Shown here piece by piece: positions 7,450 through 16,665 of a DNA stretch of 64,000 nt (within the stretch, counting starts at the first letter, position 1; every line of letters starts with the position of its first letter). Below the pieces are notes generated by a model that was given only the letters and a program-made list of their open reading frames with translations, ran no database searches and was not told where the DNA came from. The position numbers and the translations under genes are program-made. Source of the DNA: a virus; the IMG/VR virus record IMGVR_UViG_3300033183_000354, positions 64,001 to 128,000 of that record; one strand, 5' to 3'.

Positions 7450-9666
7450 ATGGCAACAGCAATTGTTGACACAAGGAAGTTTTTGTCTGAGACGAAATTC
7501 TACGAAGGTTATTCACGTTATGTTGAAGACGAAGGTAGATACGAAACTTGGGACGAGGCAGTCGATCGTGTATTAGAAATGCACGAAGAAAACTATAAAG
7601 AAAAAAATAATGAATTAAAAGAATATTTTGAAGAAGCGAGACAAGCCTATAAAGAACAACGAGTCCTTGGTGCTCAACGTGCTTTGCAATTTGGCGGTGA
7701 ACAATTAATGAAGCATCAGATGCGCATGTACAACTGTACATCTTCTTATGCTGACCGACCAGATTTCTTTGGTGAACTATTCTATATTCTTCTTTGCGGT
7801 GCTGGGGCAGGTTTCTCTGTACAAAAGCATCACATCAAAAAACTACCAAAGATTCAAGCCCGTACTAAACAGGCTAAAGGTTATATCGTAGAAGACTCGA
7901 TTGAAGGTTGGGCGTCTGCACTTGACGTACTTATGTCATCCTACTTTGTAGGCGGTGGTAAACATCCGGATTACGAAGGCCGCCGAGTTTTCTTTGACTT
8001 ATCACAAATTCGTCCAAAGGGTGCTAAGATTTCTGGAGGGTTTAAGGCACCAGGACCTGAAGGATTGCGTCGTTCACTCGACAAGATCGAACATCTACTC
8101 CAAGGTATTGTATTAGACCAAAAAGAACCAGTCTCGATTAAACCAATTAATGTATATGATATTGCTATGCATGCAGCCGATGCAGTTTTGTCTGGTGGTG
8201 TACGTCGTTCAGCAACTATTTGTCTTTTCTCGCCAGACGATGAAGAGATGATGAATGCTAAGACTGGTAACTGGTTTATGGAAAATCCACAAAGAGGTCG
8301 CTCAAATAACTCTGCAGTGATCGTAAGAGATAAGACCACGCCAGAACAGTTTGGTAAGATCATGGAATCTGTCAAACAGTTTGGTGAACCAGGATTTGTC
8401 TTCGTTGAATCAACAGAACATACAACTAATCCATGTGTGGAGATCGGCATGTTCCCACAGATTGGACGTAAATCAGGTTGGCAAGGTTGTAACCTGACTG
8501 AGATCAACGGTGGCATGTGCAATACCGAGGAAGACTTTTATAAGGCATGCCGCGCAGCGTCTATCCTCGGTACCCTACAAGCTGGGTACACAGACTTTAA
8601 GTTCTTGTCTGACACATCAAAGAAAATTTTTGACCGTGAGGCATTGCTTGGAGTTTCAATTACAGGATGGATGAACAATCCGGATATTCTTTTTGATGAG
8701 AAAATTCTCGAAAAAGGAGCAAAGATTGTTAGAGAAGTTAATAAAAAAGTATCATCCATTATTGGTATTAATGCTGCTGCTCGCACTACTTGTGTTAAGC
8801 CAAGCGGTAATGCATCGGTTCTTTTACGAACCGCTTCTGGTATCCATGCAGAACATTCAGGTATGTATATCAGAAACGTGCAAATGAATAAAGAGTCTGA
8901 GATTACTCAGGCAATCATCAATACAAATCCTTATATGGTTGAAGACTCGGTTTGGTCATCAGGTGGTACAGATGTAGTTGTATCATTCCCTATCGTACCA
9001 AAAGAAGGGTCAATCTTTAAAGACGATCTACTTGGCGTTAAACACCTTGAACTCGTAAAGAAAGCCCAAAAACATTGGGTTAATGCTGGCACAAATGAAG
9101 AACTTTGTGCTGATAAAGGCGTTCGTCATAACGTATCAAATACCATCATCGTTGATGATTGGGATGAAGTAGAAAAATATGTTTTCGAAAACAGACATTC
9201 ATTTGCTGGCATTTCATTCCTTGCTATGACTGGTGATAAAGATTACAACCAAGCCCCAAACACCGCAGTTATTACAGCAAAAGAAATGGTAAAGAAATAC
9301 AATGACGCTGCTATCTTTGCTTCTGGCATGGTAGTCGATGCGTTAAAGGTATTTCCTAATCTTTGGGATGCATGTGCTACTGCACAAGGTTATGGTATGG
9401 ACATCTCACTCGAATCTGCAGAAAACTCAGCAAGACAAGATTGGGTACGTCGATTCAATAACTTCGCAGAAAACTATCTTAAAGGTGATATTAAGAAAGC
9501 TGAATACTGCCTTAAGGATGCTTATCTACTTCATAAGTGGAATAAGATTCAAGCTAACCTAAAACCAATGGACTGGCAAGATGACTTAACCGAGAAGAAG
9601 TATACAGATGTTGATACTCTCGGTGCAGCAGCGTGTGCCAGCGGAGCATGTGAGATCGACTTTTAA
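7450..9666 (+). CDS. nrdJ: Class II (adenosylcobalamin-dependent) ribonucleotide reductase
   Basis: YNC, GGVRRSA, TNPCVEI, CNLTE, CVKPSGNAS, C-terminal ACASGACEI; no nrdB partner. Confidence 0.9.
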   Translation: MATAIVDTRKFLSETKFYEGYSRYVEDEGRYETWDEAVDRVLEMHEENYKEKNNELKEYFEEARQAYKEQRVLGAQRALQFGGEQLMKHQMRMYNCTSSYADRPDFFGELFYILLCGAGAGFSVQKHHIKKLPKIQARTKQAKGYIVEDSIEGWASALDVLMSSYFVGGGKHPDYEGRRVFFDLSQIRPKGAKISGGFKAPGPEGLRRSLDKIEHLLQGIVLDQKEPVSIKPINVYDIAMHAADAVLSGGVRRSATICLFSPDDEEMMNAKTGNWFMENPQRGRSNNSAVIVRDKTTPEQFGKIMESVKQFGEPGFVFVESTEHTTNPCVEIGMFPQIGRKSGWQGCNLTEINGGMCNTEEDFYKACRAASILGTLQAGYTDFKFLSDTSKKIFDREALLGVSITGWMNNPDILFDEKILEKGAKIVREVNKKVSSIIGINAAARTTCVKPSGNASVLLRTASGIHAEHSGMYIRNVQMNKESEITQAIINTNPYMVEDSVWSSGGTDVVVSFPIVPKEGSIFKDDLLGVKHLELVKKAQKHWVNAGTNEELCADKGVRHNVSNTIIVDDWDEVEKYVFENRHSFAGISFLAMTGDKDYNQAPNTAVITAKEMVKKYNDAAIFASGMVVDALKVFPNLWDACATAQGYGMDISLESAENSARQDWVRRFNNFAENYLKGDIKKAEYCLKDAYLLHKWNKIQANLKPMDWQDDLTEKKYTDVDTLGAAACASGACEIDF

Positions 9667-9824
9667 TGAAAGAATATACGGTTGAATGTGAAGAGTGCGA
9701 AAGCGTAACAGACGTTTTTGCATATAGTAAACCAGAATTCTGCCCGTGCTGTGGAAGGCGGGCAGAAGTCGAGTCACGTAGGCTTGATATCGACGACCAG
9801 GAGCTATTGCTCGAGGCCGAATAA
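9666..9824 (+). CDS. Small zinc-ribbon protein (52 aa, not in ORF track)
   Basis: MKEYTVECEECES...FCPCCG, two CxxC pairs. Confidence 0.7.
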   Translation: MKEYTVECEECESVTDVFAYSKPEFCPCCGRRAEVESRRLDIDDQELLLEAE

Positions 9825-9832
9825 ATACCTTT

Positions 9833-10234
9833 ATGTGGTATTATGAAGATAAAGAATATAGCGAGACGCCAGAAGAATATCAAGGGTTTGTTTATCAAAT
9901 CACCGAGATCGATACTGGTAAGAAGTATATCGGAAAGAAAAACTTCTGGCGTCCTAAAACCCTCCCTATTACTAAGACAAGAAAACGCCGAGTAAGGACT
10001 CGAGTAGAGTCTGATTGGCATACGTATTATGGATCTAATAAAGAGGTCCAACTCCTTGTCGAAGAAAAAGGCCATAATAATTATCATCGAGAAATCCTTC
10101 GACTTTGTAAGACAAAAGGAGAGATGTCATACTATGAGGCAAAGCTTCAGTTTGAGTATGATGTCTTGCTCTCTGACGAGTATTATAATGAGTTTATCGG
10201 ATGCAAAATACATTCAAAACATATAAAAAAGTAG
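9833..10234 (+). CDS. GIY-YIG endonuclease (endonuclease II-like)
   Basis: GFVYQIT...KKYIGKK, YYGS, REIL, YYN. Confidence 0.8.
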   Translation: MWYYEDKEYSETPEEYQGFVYQITEIDTGKKYIGKKNFWRPKTLPITKTRKRRVRTRVESDWHTYYGSNKEVQLLVEEKGHNNYHREILRLCKTKGEMSYYEAKLQFEYDVLLSDEYYNEFIGCKIHSKHIKK

Positions 10235-10263
10235 TTTACTTTTATAAAAAAATAGGGTATAAT
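10235..10263 (+). promoter_or_regulatory. Early promoter
   Basis: TTTACT-17-TATAAT, followed by SD GAGGAG. Confidence 0.7.
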
Positions 10264-10288
10264 AATCCTAACAATTGAGGAGTAAACT

Positions 10289-10501
10289 ATGACACATTCG
10301 ATTCAACTTGACATCTCAGCAGATTGCCCACATGTCGTTCTTCTTCAAGATACAAAGAACTATGATATTTCTATTAAACTCATTACTTTCATCGGCCCAG
10401 GTGGAGGAAATCCAGTCTATGAGTTTTTTGGCAAATACGAAAATCTCGTTAAATTTTGCAATGAATATGATTTTCCAACAGAATATATCGAAAAGGTTTA
10501 G
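10289..10501 (+). CDS. Hypothetical protein
   Basis: SD and promoter; GPGGGNPVYEF motif. Confidence 0.6.
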   Translation: MTHSIQLDISADCPHVVLLQDTKNYDISIKLITFIGPGGGNPVYEFFGKYENLVKFCNEYDFPTEYIEKV

Positions 10502-10503
10502 TT

Positions 10504-11355
10504 ATGATTTTAGTTGATTTTTCTGGCATTTGTCTTGCTAGTATCCTTATTAATAAAACACTTGACGAAGGTATGATTCGTCATATGACTCTCAACTCAT
10601 TGCGTATGTATAATAAGAAGTTCCGTGATGACTATGGTCAAATGGTTCTGGCTTGTGATGGTCCTAACAACTGGCGTCGCAATTGTTTTCCACAATATAA
10701 AGCAAGTCGTCGTACTGGTAGAGATAAATCCGACTTTGATTGGAACGAAGCATTTCGTATTATGCATACAATTAAAGATGAGATTCGCGAAAACTTTCCA
10801 TATAAAGTTATTCATCTTGAAGGCTGTGAGGCAGATGATGTTATCGCTACACTTACTGAACATACTCAAGAATTTGGCAACTACGAAGACGTTATGATTG
10901 TATCTTCTGATGGTGATTTCAAACAATTGCAGAAGTATGATAACGTAAAACAGTACTCGCCAATGCTCAAGAAGTTTGTAGTTGATGATAACCCACGTCT
11001 TAATCTTCTCGATAAAATCTTAAAGGGTGATGCCGGTGATGGTATACCTAATGTATTGTCAGATGATAATGTATTTGTAGAAGGTCTCAGACAAACACCT
11101 CTATCAAAGAAAAAGAAAGATGCAATCATCGAAGATCTAGCTGACGCAGATCTATTATATGCTGCTTCATGGTATCGTAACTATTGTCGTAATTCAAGAT
11201 TAATTGATCTTACTCATACGCCAAAAGATCTCAAAGAAAAAATTATAAATACCTATGAAGAGCAAGATCCATGGAATAACAAAGGCAAAGTATTTCCATA
11301 TCTTGTCGCTAATAGAATGAATCGCTTGATTGAAAGTGCAGAGGAATTTATTTAA
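10504..11355 (+). CDS. rnh: T4-type RNase H / 5'-3' exonuclease
   Basis: ILVDFS, WRR..FPQYKASR, EADDVIA, SSDGDFKQL, GDAGDGIPN. Confidence 0.92.
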   Translation: MILVDFSGICLASILINKTLDEGMIRHMTLNSLRMYNKKFRDDYGQMVLACDGPNNWRRNCFPQYKASRRTGRDKSDFDWNEAFRIMHTIKDEIRENFPYKVIHLEGCEADDVIATLTEHTQEFGNYEDVMIVSSDGDFKQLQKYDNVKQYSPMLKKFVVDDNPRLNLLDKILKGDAGDGIPNVLSDDNVFVEGLRQTPLSKKKKDAIIEDLADADLLYAASWYRNYCRNSRLIDLTHTPKDLKEKIINTYEEQDPWNNKGKVFPYLVANRMNRLIESAEEFI

Positions 11356-11356
11356 A

Positions 11357-11770
11357 ATGAAACAATATGTACATGAAGTCTTGGAAGAAGTTGCCAAGAA
11401 GCGAAGTAAAGAAGAAAAGATTAAAGTCCTAAAAGAGAATGAATCATGGGCTTTGAAAGACATTATCAAAGGATCAATGGATACACGCATTCATTGGATC
11501 CTTCCTCCAGGTGCTCCGCCATATACGGCGTCAGAGCCACATAATCATCCATCTAATCTCATGAGAGAAAATACAAAGTTTAAATATTTCGCGAAAGGTG
11601 GACCTGGCGAACAATTGCCTGCCTTTAAACGTGAAAATATTTTCATTGGCTTGATCGAAGGCGTGCATCCAAAAGATGCAGAGCTTGTTATTGCTATGAT
11701 TAATAAAGAGACGCCCAAAGGTCTGACAAGGCCGTTGGTAAAGGAGGCTTTTCCCGGCTTAATCGACTGA
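11357..11770 (+). CDS. Conserved T4-like hypothetical protein
   Basis: LPPGAPPY...KRENIFIGLIEGVHPKDAEL; usual neighbour of rnh. Confidence 0.7.
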   Translation: MKQYVHEVLEEVAKKRSKEEKIKVLKENESWALKDIIKGSMDTRIHWILPPGAPPYTASEPHNHPSNLMRENTKFKYFAKGGPGEQLPAFKRENIFIGLIEGVHPKDAELVIAMINKETPKGLTRPLVKEAFPGLID

Positions 11771-11800
11771 GGGTAAACATTAACCTCGGAGAAAGTACAC

Positions 11801-11962
11801 ATGGTTTTAGCTCAGCTAGAAAGACTTAAGAAAGACGCAACCGAATTAGAAATCTACGCACGAAAACTCGAAAAGAAAGGGCAAGTAGATCGTATGAAGA
11901 AAATACTCAAAAAGCAAGATTTCTTGAAACGTCGAATCGCTGAGGCCCAATATTCAACTTAA
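11801..11962 (+). CDS. Small helical protein (53 aa, not in ORF track)
   Basis: SD ggag; MVLAQLERLKKDATELEIYARKLEKKG... Confidence 0.6.
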   Translation: MVLAQLERLKKDATELEIYARKLEKKGQVDRMKKILKKQDFLKRRIAEAQYST

Positions 11963-11977
11963 ACTAAAATATAGGAG

Positions 11978-12033
11978 TGTACATGCCCCTGTCGATTTGG
12001 TATAATAAGATTATCATTATTCGACAGGGGTAT
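11978..12033 (+). promoter_or_regulatory. Early promoter with SD-sequestering inverted repeat
   Basis: TGTACA-17-TATAAT; CCCCTGTCGA 11986-11995 / TCGACAGGGG 12021-12030. Confidence 0.75.
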
Positions 12034-12041
12034 ATTATATT

Positions 12042-12617
12042 ATGAATATTTTTATATTAGATAATTGTCCAATTGTTTCTGCTATGTGGCAGTGTGATAA
12101 GCATGTTCCCAAAATGATTGTCGAATCTGCTCAGATGCTATCAACTGCGCACCGTATGCTTGATGGTACTATGGAAAAGCGACCATCAAAGTCTGGTAAG
12201 ACTATGGTCAAGTATTACAAGCTTGACAATCAGTTCGAATCTCTACTATACAAAGCAGTGCATCACAAACATCCATGTACAGTATGGACTATGGAAAGTG
12301 CCGCTAACTATGACTGGCACTATCTACACTTCGCGGCGCTCTGTCAAGAATATACATTCCGCTATGGTAAGATTCACAAGACTGATCGCGAACTACGCGA
12401 AGTACTTGAAACAAAGCCACTGAATATACCATACCGCAACGGTGAAATGACACCTTTCAAACTAGCAATGAAATCGAATCCAGAATGCATTGCACTCGGT
12501 GATCCAGTCAAAGCATACCGTGCATTCTATCAGACCAAACAACATCGCTTCAATATGGTATGGACGAAGCGAAAAAAACCGGAGTGGTTTCAATATGCCG
12601 ACTTATACGCTGCGTAG
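12042..12617 (+). CDS. Pyrimidine-dimer DNA glycosylase (DenV-like family)
   Basis: MNIFILD..CDKHVPKMIVESAQMLSTAH, HPCTVW, EYTFRYGKIH. Confidence 0.75.
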   Translation: MNIFILDNCPIVSAMWQCDKHVPKMIVESAQMLSTAHRMLDGTMEKRPSKSGKTMVKYYKLDNQFESLLYKAVHHKHPCTVWTMESAANYDWHYLHFAALCQEYTFRYGKIHKTDRELREVLETKPLNIPYRNGEMTPFKLAMKSNPECIALGDPVKAYRAFYQTKQHRFNMVWTKRKKPEWFQYADLYAA

Positions 12618-12828
12618 TCTTAAGAATAATCATGAATGGGATGTCACATGTTCATTCGAAGAACTAAATACTATCATCGATGAGATGGAAGATGTAGTAA
12701 GGGTTATTAAACCTCCAAAGATTGTTACTGGAGTAGGTAACTTACATAGTAAAGTCCCTGATGGGTTTAGAGATAAATTAAAACAAATTAAAAGGGGCTC
12801 TGGTAGAGATAATACAATTAAGATATGA
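12595..12828 (+). CDS. FmdB-like small protein
   Basis: MPTYT... start, KVPDGFRDKLKQIK end, upstream of phoH. Confidence 0.6.
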   Translation: MPTYTLRSLKNNHEWDVTCSFEELNTIIDEMEDVVRVIKPPKIVTGVGNLHSKVPDGFRDKLKQIKRGSGRDNTIKI

Positions 12829-13016
12829 TTAATGCATTATGGTGGAGAATAAGATTTGCTCTTGCAGTTTCTTGGATACTCCGTGAAAGTTGGTGGCCAC
12901 ATAAGAAATTATATTTGATATTTGGTTGGCAGATATCCGGATATATGTATTTAAAATCTGATGATGCACCATATCAATCAGCTCTTGATGAAATGACTAG
13001 ATGGTATACTGAATGA
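12825..13016 (+). CDS. Hypothetical Trp-rich protein
   Basis: ATGA-coupled on both sides. Confidence 0.5.
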   Translation: MINALWWRIRFALAVSWILRESWWPHKKLYLIFGWQISGYMYLKSDDAPYQSALDEMTRWYTE

Positions 13017-13690
13017 AGCAATCTGCTGTTAAACTAGATGAACTCTTTGAATATGAGCCTTTAACTGAAAATCAAAAGAAGACCTTTGATGCTTGGGCTG
13101 ATGGAGAAAACTTAGCTCTTGTTGGGTCTGCTGGTACCGGTAAAACATTCTTAGCGATGTACCTTGCGCTCGAGACGATTACAGATAAACAAACACCATA
13201 CGAAAAGATTACTCTTTTTCGTTCTGTCGTACCTACTCGAGATATGGGCTATCTGCCTGGAACAATAGAAGAAAAGAAAGAAGTCTTTGAGACTCCTTAT
13301 AAGAGTATCATTTCAGAGATACTTGGAGGAGATCAGCCATATAAGAGGTTAATTACGACTCATCAGTTTGAGTTCATGACGACTTCTTTTATTCGTGGTT
13401 TAACGATCGATAACTCAATCATCATTGTTGATGAGATGCAAAACTTAAACTTTCATGAACTTGATTCAGTTATGACGCGTATAGGTAATAATTGTAAGAT
13501 CATCTTCTGTGGGGATTATCATCAGTCTGACTTTCGAGAGGGGCCTGAAAGAGAAGGTATCATGAAGTTCATGAGAGCGGTCGAACAGATGAAAAACTTT
13601 ACTGTCGTACAGTTTACTTGGTCAGACATCGTTCGTTCTGATTTTGTACGAGATTATATTATGACAAAAGAGATGTTAGGTATTAGATAA
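13013..13690 (+). CDS. phoH: PhoH family ATPase
   Basis: GSAGTGKT, GYLPG, FIRGLT, IVDEMQN, TRIG, GDYHQSD, DIVRS. Confidence 0.93.
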   Translation: MKQSAVKLDELFEYEPLTENQKKTFDAWADGENLALVGSAGTGKTFLAMYLALETITDKQTPYEKITLFRSVVPTRDMGYLPGTIEEKKEVFETPYKSIISEILGGDQPYKRLITTHQFEFMTTSFIRGLTIDNSIIIVDEMQNLNFHELDSVMTRIGNNCKIIFCGDYHQSDFREGPEREGIMKFMRAVEQMKNFTVVQFTWSDIVRSDFVRDYIMTKEMLGIR

Positions 13691-14361
13691 TGGGGTTTAT
13701 ACATGAAACAGTTGATCTTGGATATGATGACTTGGATACTGATACACGCGCAACAGGTAGGACTTATGTTGCTCCTGATGGTAGTCGGTTTCCTAGCATT
13801 ACAACAGTATTAAGTATTATTAATGAAGATGCCATCGCTGCGTGGAGGAAGCGAGTAGGGGAGGAAGAGGCAAATCGTATTGGCAATCGTGCCAGTAACC
13901 GTGGAACTCTAGTCCACTCTATTATTGAAAGGTATCTAAAAAATGAAGACATTGAAGACTATCTCCCACACATTAGACAAAGCCTCGAGAACCTACGTCC
14001 AATTCTTGATCGAAGGATTGGAACGATATATGGTCTTGAGACTGCTCTTTATTCTCATCACTTGGGTCTTGCTGGCCGATGCGATTGTGTTGCTGACTTC
14101 GATGGCGTACCGTCTATTGTAGACTTTAAAACGTCGAAGAGGGTGAAGAAGCACGAGAACATCTCGAACTACTTTGCACAAATGTCTGGGTATGCCGTTA
14201 TGTGGGAAGAACGTACCGGCATACCTATTACCAATACAGTGATAATCATGGACGTCGATGATAATGAACCATTGGTATTCAAAGAGCATCGCGATAACTA
14301 TATCAAGCTGCTTATTGATACGAAAAAAGAATATGATCGTCGGCAACTATTTCACAAGTAG
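13690..14361 (+). CDS. PD-(D/E)XK exonuclease (Cas4-like phage exonuclease)
   Basis: PSITTVL, RGTLVH, AGRCDC, VDFKTS, Q..GYA. Confidence 0.85.
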   Translation: MGFIHETVDLGYDDLDTDTRATGRTYVAPDGSRFPSITTVLSIINEDAIAAWRKRVGEEEANRIGNRASNRGTLVHSIIERYLKNEDIEDYLPHIRQSLENLRPILDRRIGTIYGLETALYSHHLGLAGRCDCVADFDGVPSIVDFKTSKRVKKHENISNYFAQMSGYAVMWEERTGIPITNTVIIMDVDDNEPLVFKEHRDNYIKLLIDTKKEYDRRQLFHK

Positions 14362-14381
14362 TTGATTTCAAACAAAAACAA

Positions 14382-14456
14382 AATGCGTTTTTTTGTTTAC
14401 AAGCTATCTTTTTTATGGTAAGATAGGACCATAATAAAAGAGGAGCTAATATTATG
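14382..14456 (+). repeat. Early promoter/stem-loop/SD cassette, copy 1
   Basis: Near-identical to 24001-24075; TTTACA(14396)-17-TAAGAT, SD GAGGAG. Confidence 0.85.
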
Positions 14457-14780
14457 GATACATTCACAGTCTATCAAGCCAATCTGGATCGCTTTATCGA
14501 AGATGGTAACTTCATCGACGCAGATAAAGAAAAGCTTTGGTTCGACATTTCACGTGGTAAAGTAACCAACAACGATGTCGTTCGTCATTATTGGCCAGTT
14601 TGCACAATTGAAGCTAAAGATCTTAACGAAGTTTTTCACATCGGTAACGTTGGTCCTGAAGATCGCATTCGTCGTTATAACGACACTAGAATGCATTCGA
14701 TCTCAGTTGGTGATGTTATCAGCAACGTGTTTACCGGTAAACGGTATGTAGTAAAACCATTTGGATTCGAGGAGCTTTAA
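14454..14780 (+). CDS. YodL-like domain protein
   Basis: LNEVFHIGN...MHSISVGDVI...VKPFGF. Confidence 0.65.
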   Translation: MDTFTVYQANLDRFIEDGNFIDADKEKLWFDISRGKVTNNDVVRHYWPVCTIEAKDLNEVFHIGNVGPEDRIRRYNDTRMHSISVGDVISNVFTGKRYVVKPFGFEEL

Positions 14781-14781
14781 T

Positions 14782-15333
14782 ATGACTGTATATCTTGACA
14801 TGGATGGCGTAATCGCCGACTTCTTCGGTGGAGTAGAAAAACTTTACAACGTTGATCATTGGAAATCAATCCAACATCGCGATGGGATCTTTGTAGAACT
14901 CCGTAATACAGACTTCTTTAATACGCTTGGTACATTTAGATTCCATCCTGAAATGGGTATCAATGACAAATTTGGTTATTGCCTTTCGCAACAAATCATT
15001 GATCGCGTAAAAGAAGTCTCAAACGGCGATTGGGGTATTTGCTCTTCACCCCTTCGCGGTGATATCATGAACTCAGCTTACTGGAAACGTGTATGGCTTG
15101 AACGTCATGGATTTATGCCAGAAGTTGAAAAGTGTATCTTCACTAGTAATAAACATAAATACGCAATGAACGATATCATGCGTAAACCAAATATCCTCAT
15201 CGATGATAAACCAGAAAATATTAAACGATGGGAAGAAGCTGGAGGTATCGGTATTCGCTTTCAGTGCAATCAAGACGATATTGAAGAATACCTGTTTATT
15301 GAACTGGAGAAAGCACTTGAAATCGCTCGCTGA
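14782..15333 (+). CDS. HAD-family 5'(3')-deoxyribonucleotidase
   Basis: YLDMDGVIADF, ICSSP, KRVWL, ILIDD; SD gaggag. Confidence 0.85.
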   Translation: MTVYLDMDGVIADFFGGVEKLYNVDHWKSIQHRDGIFVELRNTDFFNTLGTFRFHPEMGINDKFGYCLSQQIIDRVKEVSNGDWGICSSPLRGDIMNSAYWKRVWLERHGFMPEVEKCIFTSNKHKYAMNDIMRKPNILIDDKPENIKRWEEAGGIGIRFQCNQDDIEEYLFIELEKALEIAR

Positions 15334-15340
15334 ACTTATC

Positions 15341-15538
15341 ATGCTCAGACATGAGTTTGAGTTAATTACTTCTAATTATAATATGCCCGAAGGAAGTGAT
15401 ATAAATACACTCGAGTGGTTTATTGAAAACGGACACCGTTCCAATTCGCTTCGTAATGGATTTGATGATGCTAAAGCAATTGCTATCACAATCATTACGG
15501 AGCATAACGAATGGCTGAAGAAGAAAAGAAACGTGTAA
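15341..15538 (+). CDS. Hypothetical protein
   Basis: Fills the gap; WF..NG.RSNSLR motif; start uncertain. Confidence 0.5.
   Translation: MLRHEFELITSNYNMPEGSDINTLEWFIENGHRSNSLRNGFDDAKAIAITIITEHNEWLKKKRNV
15400..15407 (+). promoter_or_regulatory. T4 late promoter heading the EF-hand gene and glycan cluster
   Basis: Exact TATAAATA. Confidence 0.6.
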
Positions 15539-15855
15539 CTGTAGACGCTGATGCGGTCGAAGGTGCAGATACTAATGGAGACGGACACATCTCTAAAGAA
15601 GAGATGGAGATGCATTTGGAGTTTAAACGTAAAGCGTTAGAAGATGCTGATGCACAGCGAGATGCTATTCGAAAGATGGCATGGTTCTCGCTTTTCGGTT
15701 TGCTTGTATATCCTATTGGCATCGCGATCACTTCTGCTTTTGGCATGGATCAAGCATCTGAACTTATTGCAGATATTGCGCCTACATACTTTGCTTCTAT
15801 TGCAGTATTAGTTTCAGCATTCTTTGGAGCCGACGCTATCGCTAAAAAGAAGTAA
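15511..15855 (+). CDS. EF-hand plus 2-TM membrane protein
   Basis: DTNGDGHISKEE canonical EF loop; two hydrophobic helices. Confidence 0.75.
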   Translation: MAEEEKKRVTVDADAVEGADTNGDGHISKEEMEMHLEFKRKALEDADAQRDAIRKMAWFSLFGLLVYPIGIAITSAFGMDQASELIADIAPTYFASIAVLVSAFFGADAIAKKK

Positions 15856-15879
15856 TATATAATCTAAAGTGAGTTTGTT

Positions 15880-16665
15880 ATGAAAAGATTGATTTACCAA
15901 GTTTACGTTGGACGACGTTCTAAGTTATACGACCTTTGTGTCGATTCAGTAGGTCAATATTGTAAAGAACACAATATCGACCACGTCGTCCAACGAACCC
16001 CTATCCTAAGAATCAAACCTGACGTCTTCGCTACGAATCGAAGTAAAGAGTCGTATGAGAAGCATGGCGGTTATCTTCCTATCTTCGAAAAAGAAAACGC
16101 ATTTACGTACTGGCCAAAGTATGATCAAATTGCAATTGTGGATGCCGATATTTGGATTCGACCAGATTCTCCTAACATCTTTGATGAACTACCAATTGAA
16201 TATGATTTTGGCGGAGTGGTTGAGCGTGAGATGCCGATCACTGACCAATATCGTCAAAAGATCCATAACTATTCTCGTATGCAGTATGGTTCTATTCGAC
16301 TTGATTGGAAATGGGATAAACAGTCGGGTGGCGAATTCTTTAATATGGGGATGATGGTCATGAATAAGAGTATAAGTAAATACTTGAAGGGTCAAACTCC
16401 TCATCAGTTCCTTAATCGACCTGAGTTTAAAGCATTTGTTGATGGTATGGGCGCTTGGAAGTGGTCAACAGACCAAACATTATTAAATACTTGGATTAAA
16501 CAAGAAAAGATGAAGGTAAAGCATCTTGATTGGAAATGGAACGGTCTTTTCAAAGGCATTAAAGATGATAAGGTCCGTGAAGCACACTTTGTACACTTTT
16601 TTCTTAAAGATAAACTCCCTAATCGGGGTGAAAATGTAGATGAACTTATGAGGTTAGTAAAATGA
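15880..16665 (+). CDS. GT-A fold glycosyltransferase (GT8/GT34-like)
   Basis: IVDAD DxD motif, FFNMG, DQTLLN, WKWN, FVHF. Confidence 0.85.
   Translation: MKRLIYQVYVGRRSKLYDLCVDSVGQYCKEHNIDHVVQRTPILRIKPDVFATNRSKESYEKHGGYLPIFEKENAFTYWPKYDQIAIVDADIWIRPDSPNIFDELPIEYDFGGVVEREMPITDQYRQKIHNYSRMQYGSIRLDWKWDKQSGGEFFNMGMMVMNKSISKYLKGQTPHQFLNRPEFKAFVDGMGAWKWSTDQTLLNTWIKQEKMKVKHLDWKWNGLFKGIKDDKVREAHFVHFFLKDKLPNRGENVDELMRLVK

Noticed and set aside
7971-8786. Long antisense ORFs within nrdJ (and similar ones inside tail genes)
   Set aside because: Antisense shadows caused by codon bias of the real genes
9833-10234. Mobile homing endonuclease
   Set aside because: Only a catalytic GIY-YIG domain, no DNA-binding tail or intron; position after RNR matches endonuclease II
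13690-14361. Cas4-like nuclease as a sign of CRISPR-Cas
   Set aside because: No repeat-spacer array or other cas genes seen; common exonuclease next to phoH in T4-like phages
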